Shown piece after piece: positions 26,165-38,041 of a stretch of DNA of 64,000 nucleotides. The notes below the pieces were generated by a model. The model was not told the origin of the DNA and did not search any database. It worked only from the letters and a program-made list of their open reading frames with translations. Source of the DNA: Eledone cirrhosa (Eukaryota); NCBI GenBank assembly GCA_964016885.1, contig OZ024744.1:85312001-85376000 (forward strand), read 5' to 3'. Position numbers and translations under genes: made by a program. Positions within the stretch are counted from its first letter, which is position 1; the number at the start of each line of letters is the position of its first letter.

Positions 26165-26711
26165 TGGTTTTATAATTTCACAAATTTTTGCCAGTAGAGA
26201 GAGAGTCGGTTTCTAACATAGACAGAAGACTCTCCATTAGAATTTACACATCATCAACTAGGTAGATATGTATGCATGTATGCATGTATGCATGCATATG
26301 TAGATATGCATGTTATTGTATGTGTGGATGTGGTTGTTTTGAGTTGTATGTGTGTATGTATCTATACATGTCTATATGCAGTTATTAGATGCAACATTTT
26401 TGGAATGTTTTACATATTTTTACTGTTCCATTAATAGATTGTACTTGTAATTTCCTAACTAGTTGTGTTCTTTCTGTTCCTGTGAAGCCTAGCTTCTCAA
26501 GATTTGTATTGAGGCAGTTACTAACATAACCCAGTGCCTCAATAATCACAGGCATAAATCTGAAGGTGTAATCAGGGTGAAGTATCTGCAGATTTCTCAT
26601 CAGTTCTGCATAAATATTCTCCTTTTCGCTAATCTTTGATATTATATGGGCATCTGCTGGGCAGCTAACTTCCACTACTGTGCATGTTTTCTTTTCCCTT
26701 TCCCATATCAT
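26165..26711 (-). mobile_element. RLE-type non-LTR element 3' end (restriction-like endonuclease plus 3' UTR)
   Basis: ORF 26385-26711 reads CTVVEVSCPAD...KE..Y.EL...PVIIEALG. The 3' UTR is repeated at about 28350-28575. Confidence 0.7.
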
Positions 26712-26849
26712 ATATATGTATTAATGTACGTGTGTATCTATGTATGTATGTATGAATGTATGTACATATATGTATGTATGTACGTATGTATATTTGTATA
26801 AACGTATGAATGTATTATGTATGAATGAATAATAAAAATTAAAGAAAAT

Positions 26850-28100
26850 AATAATAATAATGAAATTATTGTGTAAAGTGCTCAGGTGCACTACAACTCG
26901 TCAAAGGTGTATGTCTAGTACATAGAATAATACACAAATGTCAGGGAAGTACATGTGTGTATGTGTTAGCTGTAGTGTTGGCGGATCTCGGGAAGCATGG
27001 AGGCCTTAAAGGATGCAGTGTCTCGACAGCTAACAACTGATGCAGGTAGTTTGTGCCATGCTTCAGCAACTCTGAGCGTGAAAAAATGTTTCCGAAAGTC
27101 ATGGGAACTGTGCTGTTTTCTTACTTTGTGGGCATGTCCACGTGTGTTAGACACATGGAAATCAAAAAGGTACTCAGGGTTGTTGTTGGCAACATGGTTA
27201 ACAATTTTGTGGGTGTTTACCAAGTCAGTTGCCAGGCGTCGGAGCTTCAATGTATCCATGACCAGGGAAGCAAGGCGCTCAGAGTATGGTAGATGCCTGG
27301 TTGAGGGTATTCGCTTGGTTGCACGTCTCTGAACAGTTTCCAGGCGGTCAATGTTCTGAGCAAGATAGGGGTTCCAGACTGGTGATGCAAATTCTAAGTG
27401 TGGTCGCACCATAGCCATGTACAGCCTTAAATAGATATCTCGAGAGCGGCTGACAAAGGTCTTGCTGAGTGATGCTAAGACACCCTCGGCCCTCTTGACA
27501 ATTTTAGAGACGTGCTTCGTCCAACGCAAATCGCTGCTGGCCGTAATGCCCAGGTCACGTTCACAAGAAGACTTCTTGATATTAGTGCTGTGAAGGGAGT
27601 ATGTGGACGCTGGGTTTTTACTCCCAAAATGCATGGTGGTGCACTTGTCCACAGCTAGCTTGAGTTGCCAGTCTGAGATCCATTGTTGCATTGTGTCCAG
27701 GTCAGACTGCAAGCAAGATCTATAGTGTTCAGGATCTGTCCTTTTTATCTCAAGGTACAGCTTGATGTCGTCTGCGTACTTTAGTATTGTGACATTCTTT
27801 AAGTTGGCATCTATGTCATTAATATATGCCACAAACAAAAGGGGGCCAAGAACAGATCCCTGTGGTACACCAGATGACATCTCATATGGTGAGGAATGCT
27901 GTCCCAGAACCGTGACTACCTCTCTTCGACTGAGAATGAAGGACTTCAACCAGTTAAAAAGATCATCCTTCACACCTATTGCAGAGAGTTTTGCCATAAG
28001 CCTTTTGTGTGGCACAGAATTGAAGGCTTTCGCAAAGTCAAGGTAAACAACATCCACCCATGAGCCGCCATCAGTGATCCGGGTGATGTCCTCAAGAAAC
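26850..28100 (-). mobile_element. CR1-like LINE, RT 3' half
   Basis: 363-aa ORF with YLDFAKAF, GVPQGSVLGP, YADD and RPHLEFASPVWNP. Confidence 0.9.
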
Positions 28101-29321
28101 TCTATAAATGTATGTATTCATGTATGTATGTATGAACGTATGAATGTATGTAAGTATTATGTATACATATATGTACATATATGTATGTATGTATGGGTGT
28201 GTGTGTGTGTGTGTGTGAATCTAATCTATGAATGCTTGTATGAATGTATGTATGTATTCATTTATGTGTGTACATATGTATGCATCTATGTATGTATGTA
28301 TTTATGCATATATGTATGTATGTAAGCGTCTATGAATGTGTATGTATATCTTATAATTTCACAAAGTGTTTCCCAATAGAGAGAGAGTCGGTATCTAACG
28401 GTTTCGGACACAAGACTCTCATTGGAATTTATACATCAACTGGGTAGATTACGTATGCATGCATGTGCAGGTATGGATGTTATTCTATGTGTGGATGTGG
28501 ATGTTTTTGGTTGTATGTGTGCATGTGTATATGCTTTGTATCTGTACATGTGTATATGCAGTTATTAGATGCAAATTTTATTTTATATATATGTATGTAT
28601 GGATGGATGGATGTATGTATGTATCTAGGAATGTATGTATGTATGTATGCATGTATGCATGTATGTATGTATATATGTGTGCATGCATAGAAGCATGTAT
28701 GTACATATGCATATATATATGTATTTTTGTATGTATGTATGCATCTATCTATGTATGTATTTATGAATATATATACACATGTATGTATGTATGTATGCAT
28801 TCATGTATATATGAATATGTATGTAAGTATCTATGTATGTATGTATCTACATATATATTTATCTGTGTACGTAAGTATGAATGTATGTATGTATGCATCT
28901 ATGTATGCATATATGTACGCATGTATGTATATATGTGTACGTACTTATGTTGACATAAATATCCGAGTCTTTGGGCGTGCGTAACTCATAAGCAAATTCT
29001 TAAACTTCCTTCACGGAATAAATCCCCCACCAGGTCTTAGCTCTGTAGAAGGTCAAACGTCACAATATCTTGTGGCTATACAATTTTTTTCTTTTTTCTC
29101 CTCCATCATTAACAATGTTGGTGTTTTAATAATAAACAACAAAAGTACAGGAGCCAGTTGCTATATAGTAGTAATAAAATAAGAGATACCTTTTTCCACC
29201 GCTTGTGATGGTTACCACTCCCCTTTTGAATCAGTGACTCCACGTGTTTTATGCGGCCCCAAGTGGTATATATTAAGTATATATATATATATGTTATATA
29301 TATAAATATATATATATATAT

Positions 29322-29414
<93 letters not shown>

Positions 29415-29467
29415 ATATATATACTTATATATATATACACACATATATATATAAACATATATGTATA

Positions 29468-29575
<108 letters not shown>

Positions 29576-29775
29576 TGTGTGTGTGTTTTGTATATCTAGT
29601 GATACACGGTATGTTTACGAATAAACATTTGAAAACCTTTAGTTATGAATATTTTGAAGCTGATGGCGGAGCACCACCTACCGAGTTTCATTTGAAGCAA
29701 GGACACCCATACACCTTAACTACATACATCATCCTCAACATCATCATCAACATCATCAACATGATCAACATCATA

Positions 29776-32117
29776 GTTTAACGTCCATCTTCCATGCTAG
29801 TATGTGTTAGACGGTTTTGTTACATTTGATGCGGGATTGATCGGGAGACCGTCTCTATCACGTACGGATGTGTCTCTGGCAGGTTTTCTGCGGCTGGATT
29901 CCTTTCCGAACAGCAACCACATTTACAGTGTGGACTGAGAGCCTTTTTACCGTGTCTCCTACATGATCACATTTACAGTGTGGACTGTGAGCCTTTTTAC
30001 TGTGTCTCCTACATGACCACTTTACAGTGTGGACTGAGAGCCTTTTTACTGTGTCTCCTACATGACCACATTTACAGTGTGGACTGAGAGCCTTTTTACT
30101 GTGTCTCCTACATGACCACATTTACAGTGTGGACTGAGAGCCTTTTTACTGTGTCTCCTACATGACCACATTTACAGTGTGGACTGAGAGCCTTTTTACC
30201 GTGTCTCCTACATGACCACTTTACAGTGTGGATTGTGAGCCTTTTTACCGTGTCTCCTACATGACCACTTTACAGTGTGGACTGGGAGCCTTTTTACCGT
30301 GTCTCCTACATGACCACTTTACAGTGTGGACTGGGAGCCTTTTTACCGTGTCTCCTACATGACCACTTTACAGTGTGGACTGGGAGCCTTTTTACCGTGT
30401 CTCCTACATGACCACTTTACACTGTGGACTGGGAGCCTTTTTACCGTGTCTCCTACATGACCACTTTATAGTGTGGACTGGGAGCCTTTTTACCGTGTCT
30501 CCTACATGACCACTTTATAGTGTGGACTGGGAGCCTTTTTACCGTGTCTCCTACGTGACCACATTTACAGAGTCAACTGGGGCCTTTTTTCCGTGTCTCC
30601 TACATGACCACTTTACAATGTGGACTGGGAGCCTTTTTACTGTGTTTCCTACATGACCACTTTATAGTGTGGACTGGGAGCCTTTTTACTGTGTCTCCTA
30701 CATGACCACATTTACAGTGTGGACTGGGAGCCTTTTTACCGTGTCTCCTTCATGACCACATTTACAGTGTGGACTGGGAGCCTTTTTACCGTGTCTCCTT
30801 CATGACCACATTTACAGTGTGGACTGGGAGTCTTTTTACCGTGTCTCTTACATGACCACTTTACAGTGTGGACTGGGAGCCTTTTTACCGTGTCTCTTAC
30901 ATGACCACATTACATTGTGGATTGTGAGCCTTTTTCCCGTGTCTCCTACATGACCACATTTACAGTGTGGACTGGGAGCCTTTTTCCCGTGTCTCCTACA
31001 TGACCACATTTACAGTGTCGACTGGGAGCCTTTTTACCGTGTCTCTTACATGACCACTTTACAATGTGGACTGGGAGCCTTTTTCACCGTGTCTCCCACA
31101 GACCTCTTTATAGTGTGGACTGGGAGCCTTTTTACCGTGTCTCCTACGTGACCACATTTACATTGTCGACTGGGAGCCTTTTTACCGTGTCTCCTACATG
31201 ACCACTTTACAGTGTGGACTGGGAGCCTTTTTACCGTGTCTCCTACATGACCACTTTACAGTGTGGATTGTGAGCCTTTTTACCGTGTCTCCTACATGAC
31301 CACTTTACAGTGTGGACTGGGAGCCTTTTTACCGTGTCTCCTACATGACCACTTTACAGTGTCGACTGGGAGCCTTTTTACCGTGTCTCCTACATGACCA
31401 CTTTACAGTGTGGACTGGGAGCCTTTTTACCGTGTCTCCTACATGACCACTTTACAGTGTGGACTGGGAGCCTTTTTACCGTGTCTCCTACATGACCACT
31501 TTACAGTGTCGACTGGGAGCCTTTTTACCGTGTCTCCTACATGACCACTTTATAGTGTGGACTGGGAGCCTTTTTACCGTGTCTCCTACATGACCACTTT
31601 ACAGTGTCGACTGGGAGCCTTTTTACCGTGTCTCCTACATGACCACTTTACAGTGTGGATTGTGAGCCTTTTTACCGTGTCTCCTACATGACCACTTTAC
31701 AGTGTGGACTGGGAGCCTTTTTACCGTGTCTCCTACATGACCACTTTACAGTGTCGACTGGGAGCCTTTTTACCGTGTCTCCTACATGACCACTTTACAG
31801 TGTCGACTGGGAGCCTTTTTACCGTGTCTCCTACATGACCACTTTACAGTGTGGACTGGGAGCCTTTTTACCGTGTCTCCTACATGACCACATTACAGTG
31901 TCGACTGGGAGCCTTTTTACCGTGTCTCCTACATGACCACTTTATAGTGTGGACTGGGTGCTTTTTGTTGTCATGGGCACAGTGGACGGAAATGGGAGGG
32001 TGGGGTATGGTGTGTGTGGTAGGGTGTATATTGGGTTAAGAGGTGCCTACTGGTTGTAGGTTTGTATGCACGGGAATGCGTGTCTTCTGTACAACTGCAT
32101 GGCGCCAAAGATCTCGA
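29776..32117 (-). mobile_element. RTE 3' UTR fragment hosting the minisatellite
   Basis: Both flanks of the array align with 38069-38515 of the RTE element. Confidence 0.75.
29916..31958. repeat. 49-50 bp minisatellite, about 41 copies
   Basis: Unit ccactttacagtgtggactgggagcctttttaccgtgtctcctacatga, head to tail with no spacers. Confidence 0.95.
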
Positions 32118-32307
32118 TATACATCAAACAGAAAGTTATTTGTCACAGATATGTAGATAATATGAATGGAAGATACCTAAAATTATAAGTTAGAGACTTA
32201 TATATATTCAGAATAACTTTTACAAAGTTAGTTAAATTCCTAGTAAAGTAACCTAAAATAAACCTGCTTCACCTTTGTGTATATACAATTATGTATATAA
32301 ATATGTA

Positions 32308-32689
32308 CCGTATATGCCGGTGTACAAACCGATCCAGCGCATAGATCGACCCCTAAAATTCTGAGGCATAAACCAGTTTTAGGCCTATTTTTGCCAGATA
32401 AGATGAGCCCCACCAAAATACCATCTCCCCAGCCCTATGAGCTACGGCAAGTCATTGATGTTATTATAATATCTACATTAAATAGACTTAACAAATATCA
32501 GATTCAGTAGGAAAAAATGTTGATGAGCTGCTATAGTTATAGTAAGTGTACAACGAGTGTTAGGCAGGCAGTTTCACTGTTTACCCCTCAGTAGTAAAGG
32601 TTCACATTTTATATTCAGCAGAAAAGTCGACCCCTGGTTTTGGAGATATTTTAGGCTCCAAATGTCGACTTGTACGCCAGCATATACGG
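32308..32689. mobile_element. Tc1/mariner (Tc2/pogo-like) MITE
   Basis: TIRs ccgtatatgccggtgtacaa / ttgtacgccagcatatacgg, flanked by TA on both sides. Confidence 0.8.
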
Positions 32690-33367
32690 TATATAAATAT
32701 AGATGTATATGTGTGTATGTATGCATGCACGCATGTATGTATGTATGTATGAATGTATGTATGTATGTATGTATGTGTATATTCATATATATGAGGGACT
32801 TATTTTATTACATGTTATCCATGTGCTACCAGCAGTATTTTTCTCCCCATTTTATTCACATATATTTACCTGTACTGCGATTCTGTTTTTTTCTCTCTCT
32901 CTCTCTTACTGCTCCCTCATTCTCTCTGTTTCTCCTACTTTCTTTCGCCCCCTCTGTCGTGTCAGTTAACTCTTCCTCACACTTTCACTCACTCACTCAC
33001 TGTTTCTCCTCTCCTCACTTCACCCCGTTCGTAACGAAAGCAATTTCTCTCTTTCTTACATTGCATTCGTTCGCGAAAGGTCTGTTTTCTAAGCGCTCAT
33101 ATATTCACCTAGCTTACGCTAACAGAATAACTATGAAGCTTGTTTACTTCCTCTACGGTTCGCTCTACTCTTTGTTGTTTTCCTGTCTCACTCGCTTTAC
33201 GCGTTTTAATTGTCCTAATAACTTAATTTAGTTATTATTGCACCGACGTGAGGTATATGATTTTTAATGCAATGAAATATCTATGATCGTCGGCAAATCA
33301 CTGATGAGGGACTTATTTTATTACATGTTATCCATGTGCTACCAGCAGTATTTTTCTCCCCATTTCA

Positions 33368-33463
<96 letters not shown>

Positions 33464-33523
33464 CGTATGTATATGTGTACGTATCTCTCTATGTCTGTAT
33501 GCAATTATGTATGTAAGTATGTA

Positions 33524-34048
33524 TGGCACATGGCTTAGTGGTTAGAGAATTGGACTTACAATCGAAAAGTTGCGAGTTCCATTCTCTGACCGGGTGATGC
33601 ATTGTGTCCTTGAGCAAGACACTCTATTGTGGAGAGGGTTGACTGGTATACATGGGCGAAGGCTGGTCTTCCTCAAACAATCTTGCCTGGACTTGTACCT
33701 CGAAGGGAAACTTTCTAGGTACAAATCACATGACCATTCGTGATCGACGATGACTTCGAAGTATGTATGTATTTTATCATATTAATTCAAAACTAAGCCT
33801 ATGGCTGTGGTTATTCGGCATTTCTCAGCGCACCTCCTCAGGATTACTTAGTTAGGTGCTCTCACACACAGCAACAAAATAACTCTAATTCACACCATGC
33901 TGTGAAGGCGCATGGCCTAGTGGTTAGAGCATTTGGGCTTGCAATCGAAATGTTGTGAGTTCAATTCTCGGACTGGGTGATATGTTGTTTCCTTGAGCAA
34001 GAACTTTATTTCACGTTGCTCAAGTTTACTCAGCTGTAGAAATGAGAT
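33524..34048 (+). mobile_element. Two tRNA-derived CORE-type SINE copies (33524-33760 and 33906-34048)
   Basis: tggcttagtggttag A-box, gagttc B-box and gtgtccttgagcaagacact core. A third copy lies at 59551-59662. Confidence 0.75.
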
Positions 34049-34055
34049 GATAGGA

Positions 34056-34460
34056 CAGGGGTCCCTATTTTTAAGTTACCCAAGACACCTCCATCGAGAT
34101 ATAACTTGGAGGAGACCAGCTAAACCTGCATAGGTGTGAGCTGTCACACACACACACACATGCTGACCCCATTATCCTACAAAAATAAGATAACTGCTAC
34201 TAGAGACTATGTTAGCGTTCCATATTAGAGCGGTCGGCGAGTAATCCACGAACCTCACCGAGTTTGAGTGGTTTTGGGAGTTGGGAGTGATTATCTGATA
34301 TCCTAAGCGTGTTCCACAAAGGAGTGTCAGGGGTTGCGTGAAAAAAATGTAGAGAAGTATATTTATATTACGACCATATAACAGTATTAGAGTTTGGGGT
34401 TTCCCCCAAAGTTTCTGAACCAAAAAGGGTTCCGCATTTGAAAAAGTTTGAGAGACCCTA
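34056..34460. mobile_element. Possible hAT-like MITE remnant
   Basis: Ends caggggtccc... / ...tttgagagacccta resemble hAT TIRs; no 8-bp TSD is visible. Confidence 0.35.
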
Positions 34461-35324
34461 TCCTAAGGTAAGAAAAGGAAAACTTGTCAAAAGGGTGGAT
34501 GAACTCAGTGAAGCTTATCACTATTTAATGGTGTTTGTATGCACGGGCATATACATTTTCTTTTTACGTTTCTCGGATCTCTGATCTAGGATGACCCCAG
34601 TCCCATCGAACAAGAGCGAAGACGATTTATATTCGTATTAGCATCTGTATGTTGAGCCAGATGGGAAAATTATTCTCCCCTTGATGTGGTGTAGTGGTGT
34701 TCATGCGTATATCACAGATCCAAGGATCGACGGATGTCAATGTGTGTCTGTCTTATATTTAGTAGATTCAACCGCGCCGAACATGTTATGTAAAAATTTA
34801 CGTAAAACCTAAGCTATGAACATTCCAGTTGCTCTATAAACTTAAAACCCTACTTATTAAGTTAAGATAGAGTATACCACAGTCATACGTATGACTTAAA
34901 GATGATACTTTAGTATATTCAGTATGTCGTAATATATGTGACAAGACTTAACATTTGAATTACATATTCAATTCACCCAACAGCTCCCTAAACAGTTTTC
35001 ACTCAAACAATTTCAATCGTAATGTTTGTGCTGACTATGGTAAAAGAAACTTGTTCAAGATACAATAGAGTAAGATCGGACTCTGAACCCCATGATTGTG
35101 AATAAAACTTCTTAAACATTAGTCCAAGCTGCCTTTAGACATATTCAACTTAACCTAATTTCAGTAAATCAAAAAACATCATATAATAGAGTTTATAGGA
35201 AAAATGATTTTCAGATTGATATTGAGTGGAACACTGTTATCGAACTACAAAATGAATAATTTAGGGAGCCAAATAATAGCATGTGAATTTTAGATAATAA
35301 CCCAGGGACTTACATACATACATG

Positions 35325-35373
<49 letters not shown>

Positions 35374-35505
35374 TTATACACACATTCATACATACATACA
35401 CATACATACACATACATACATATACATACATACATACACAAAGACATACACATATACATACATACACAAAGACATGCATATATACATACATACATATATA
35501 TATAT

Positions 35506-36113
35506 GGTGGCTGCCAACTCGTTTTCGAGTACGGCCACTACTTTATATCCATGTAGGAGAACCCCTACCGATGCGCTGAACGAGTGTGACTTTTTAGTCC
35601 AGCCAGCGACTTGAAAACTCTGGTACAAACACTACACTTGTGACAATTATTGACACATAGTGCTGGGCCCATGGTACCATGTGAGGACAAGTGCAGAGAG
35701 ATCTCCAGATATAAAGCAATGCCTGTGCCGTGAAGCTTTTATAGTGAGCAAAGGCACTGCACAAAGCCAGTCCCACTCTCTTAACCAAGATGATATTTAC
35801 CAAAAAGAAGAACAAGTCAACATCATTCGATACCATCAGGGTTTCAGGTGTTATATCAGAGTTTTCCTTCCCCTAGAATTCTGCCTTGACAAAGGCTAAA
35901 GGGTCATCTCTCCCGGTGATTTTGGATGGCCATTGACTCTTAAGAGCTCCTTTGCCCTTTGACAGGTTTTCTTTTTAGTCCTGCAGGATGTCCAAAGTCA
36001 CCCACCTCACCAAGAAACCTTGGTGGGGTTGTCAGTTTAGTTGCCAACGACCCGACCATGGGACAGGTTGTACTGGGATACATGTTACCAGTAGCACCAA
36101 CTGGTGACCTGAC
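35506..36113 (-). mobile_element. 608-bp non-coding RTE-derived element, full length
   Basis: Near-identical to 45323-45930. Contains the RTE 5'UTR-like motif ctagg(g/a)gaaggaaaactctgat and is flanked by TACA/TA repeats. Confidence 0.75.
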
Positions 36114-36250
36114 ATACATACATACATACATACATACATACATACATACATACATACATACATACGTACATACATACATACACACCACACACCACAAGCG
36201 TGTATGTGTCTCAATACAGAGAATATTCAAAAGGATACCTTTGAAGACGG

Positions 36251-36310
<60 letters not shown>

Positions 36311-36638
36311 CACATTCATACACACAAACACACGCACACAGACATATATATGTATGTGTGTGTGTGTGTGTGTGTGTGTGCGTGCGCGTGTGCGTGTGTG
36401 TGTCTATGTGTGTATAAGAATGAAATGCCTATGAGATATAATATATTCATCAAAGGGTTCATAGAAAAGTCGTTTAAATATAAATACCTAGCAAAATGAA
36501 ATGCGAACTATCTACAAGACACAGTAAATGAAACAAAGTAAAATACAAAATGGTTGCAAGTAGTAAAATTATTAAAAACAAAAAAGCGAGATATAGTATC
36601 AACGATTTCTAAACCTAATAGGCATTTTGGAAATAATT

Positions 36639-36676
<38 letters not shown>

Positions 36677-36689
36677 AGGAAGTTATAGT

Positions 36690-37733
36690 TCACTTGAAGC
36701 ATTATGTAATGAGGTATAAACGTTTGTATTTGTAAAGCCAAAACAATGCAGGTATGGACATAGAATATAAATGCAAATGCAAAAGATATTGTTGGCAATT
36801 AGTCTTTTACCTTAAATTTATTTAAATGTCCTTAATTTTCGCGATAATATCTCTTCTTCGGGGGGAAGTAAAGCGGTTAAACCACCGTTCTAAATAGCTT
36901 GCCAAGTCATGCTGACAGGAAATGGTATAGACTATCTGTTCTATCTCTAATGTCAAAGAGTGAAGGTTAGGTGGATAAAGAGTAATCTCCCTTTAAAAGG
37001 GGTTTTGTACATGTATGTTTAAGTGTGTGGGAGGATACGTGAAGGTGTAAGTATGTGTGTGTGTGTGAGTGTGAGAAGATATGTCTATACGTAAATGTGG
37101 GGGGGGGTAGATGCTCTCTCGTGTTAGAACTGGTCTTTGTGTGTGTATATGTGTGTGAGAGATAATAAGTGGAGGTGTAAGCGTGTGTGTGTGCGTGTGT
37201 ATGTGTGTACGTGTGTGTGTGTGCGTGTGCGTGTGTGGGGGAGGGGGGTGTAAGTATAGGGCTAGATGCTCTCTCATGTTATAAATTGGGTGTTGAGTTC
37301 TAGTCTATTATTGATTGGTGGTTGTGTTTTGTCTATAATCAGTGCTTCCTTAATTCTAAGATTGCCGAGGTTTCTTTCCTTAGTTTATATCCTAACTGCT
37401 ATGGTTTTGTCGGGGTTTTTGCATTTAACTAGGTGTTTGTTAAATGAGGAAGGGTTAGTATTGAGGTGTTCCTTTATTCTTATGTGGAGTGGTCTGGTGG
37501 TGCTACCTACGTAGAAGTTGCTGCATTTGTCGCACTCTAGTCTGTATACGACGTAAGCCTGGTGGCATAGGTCTGTGTCGTTGATGGGGCAGTTGGCTAG
37601 CCTGCAGCGGCTGTCATGTCTGGTGGAGTGTCTTTTGGTTAGCTGTCCGCGTAGAGAAGGAACTGAGTGGGCCAGTTGGATATCTAGTCCCTCTCGTCTG
37701 ATAGCTCTGCGGATGGCTGTTGTTGTTTCGTCA
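36690..37733 (-). mobile_element. Penelope-like element 3' fragment (GIY-YIG)
   Basis: VVYRLECDKCSNFYVGSTTRPLHIRIKEH, with a degenerate HHR CCGAAGA..GAAA at about 36830-36866. Confidence 0.85.
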
Positions 37734-38041
37734 TATATATATATATACATATATATGTATATATGTATACATATATATATACATATATATTTATACATTT
37801 ATATATGTATATATATGTATACATATATATATATATGTATACATATATATATATGTATACATATATATATATATATGTATACATATATATATATATGTAT
37901 ACATATATATATATGTATACATATATATATGTATACATATGTATACATATGTATATATATGATATATATGTATACATATATATACATACATATATATGTA
38001 TGTATACATATATATGTATGTATACATATATATATACATAT

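Noticed and set aside
29916-31958. CRISPR-like appearance of the regular array
   Set aside because: The units are contiguous with no unique spacers, the context is eukaryotic, and there are no cas genes.
35594-35899. Recurrent 79-80 aa ORFs (MVSNDVDL.. / MLGPWYHV..) in four places
   Set aside because: They recur because they lie in a young repeat; they overlap on opposite strands and show no recognisable domain.
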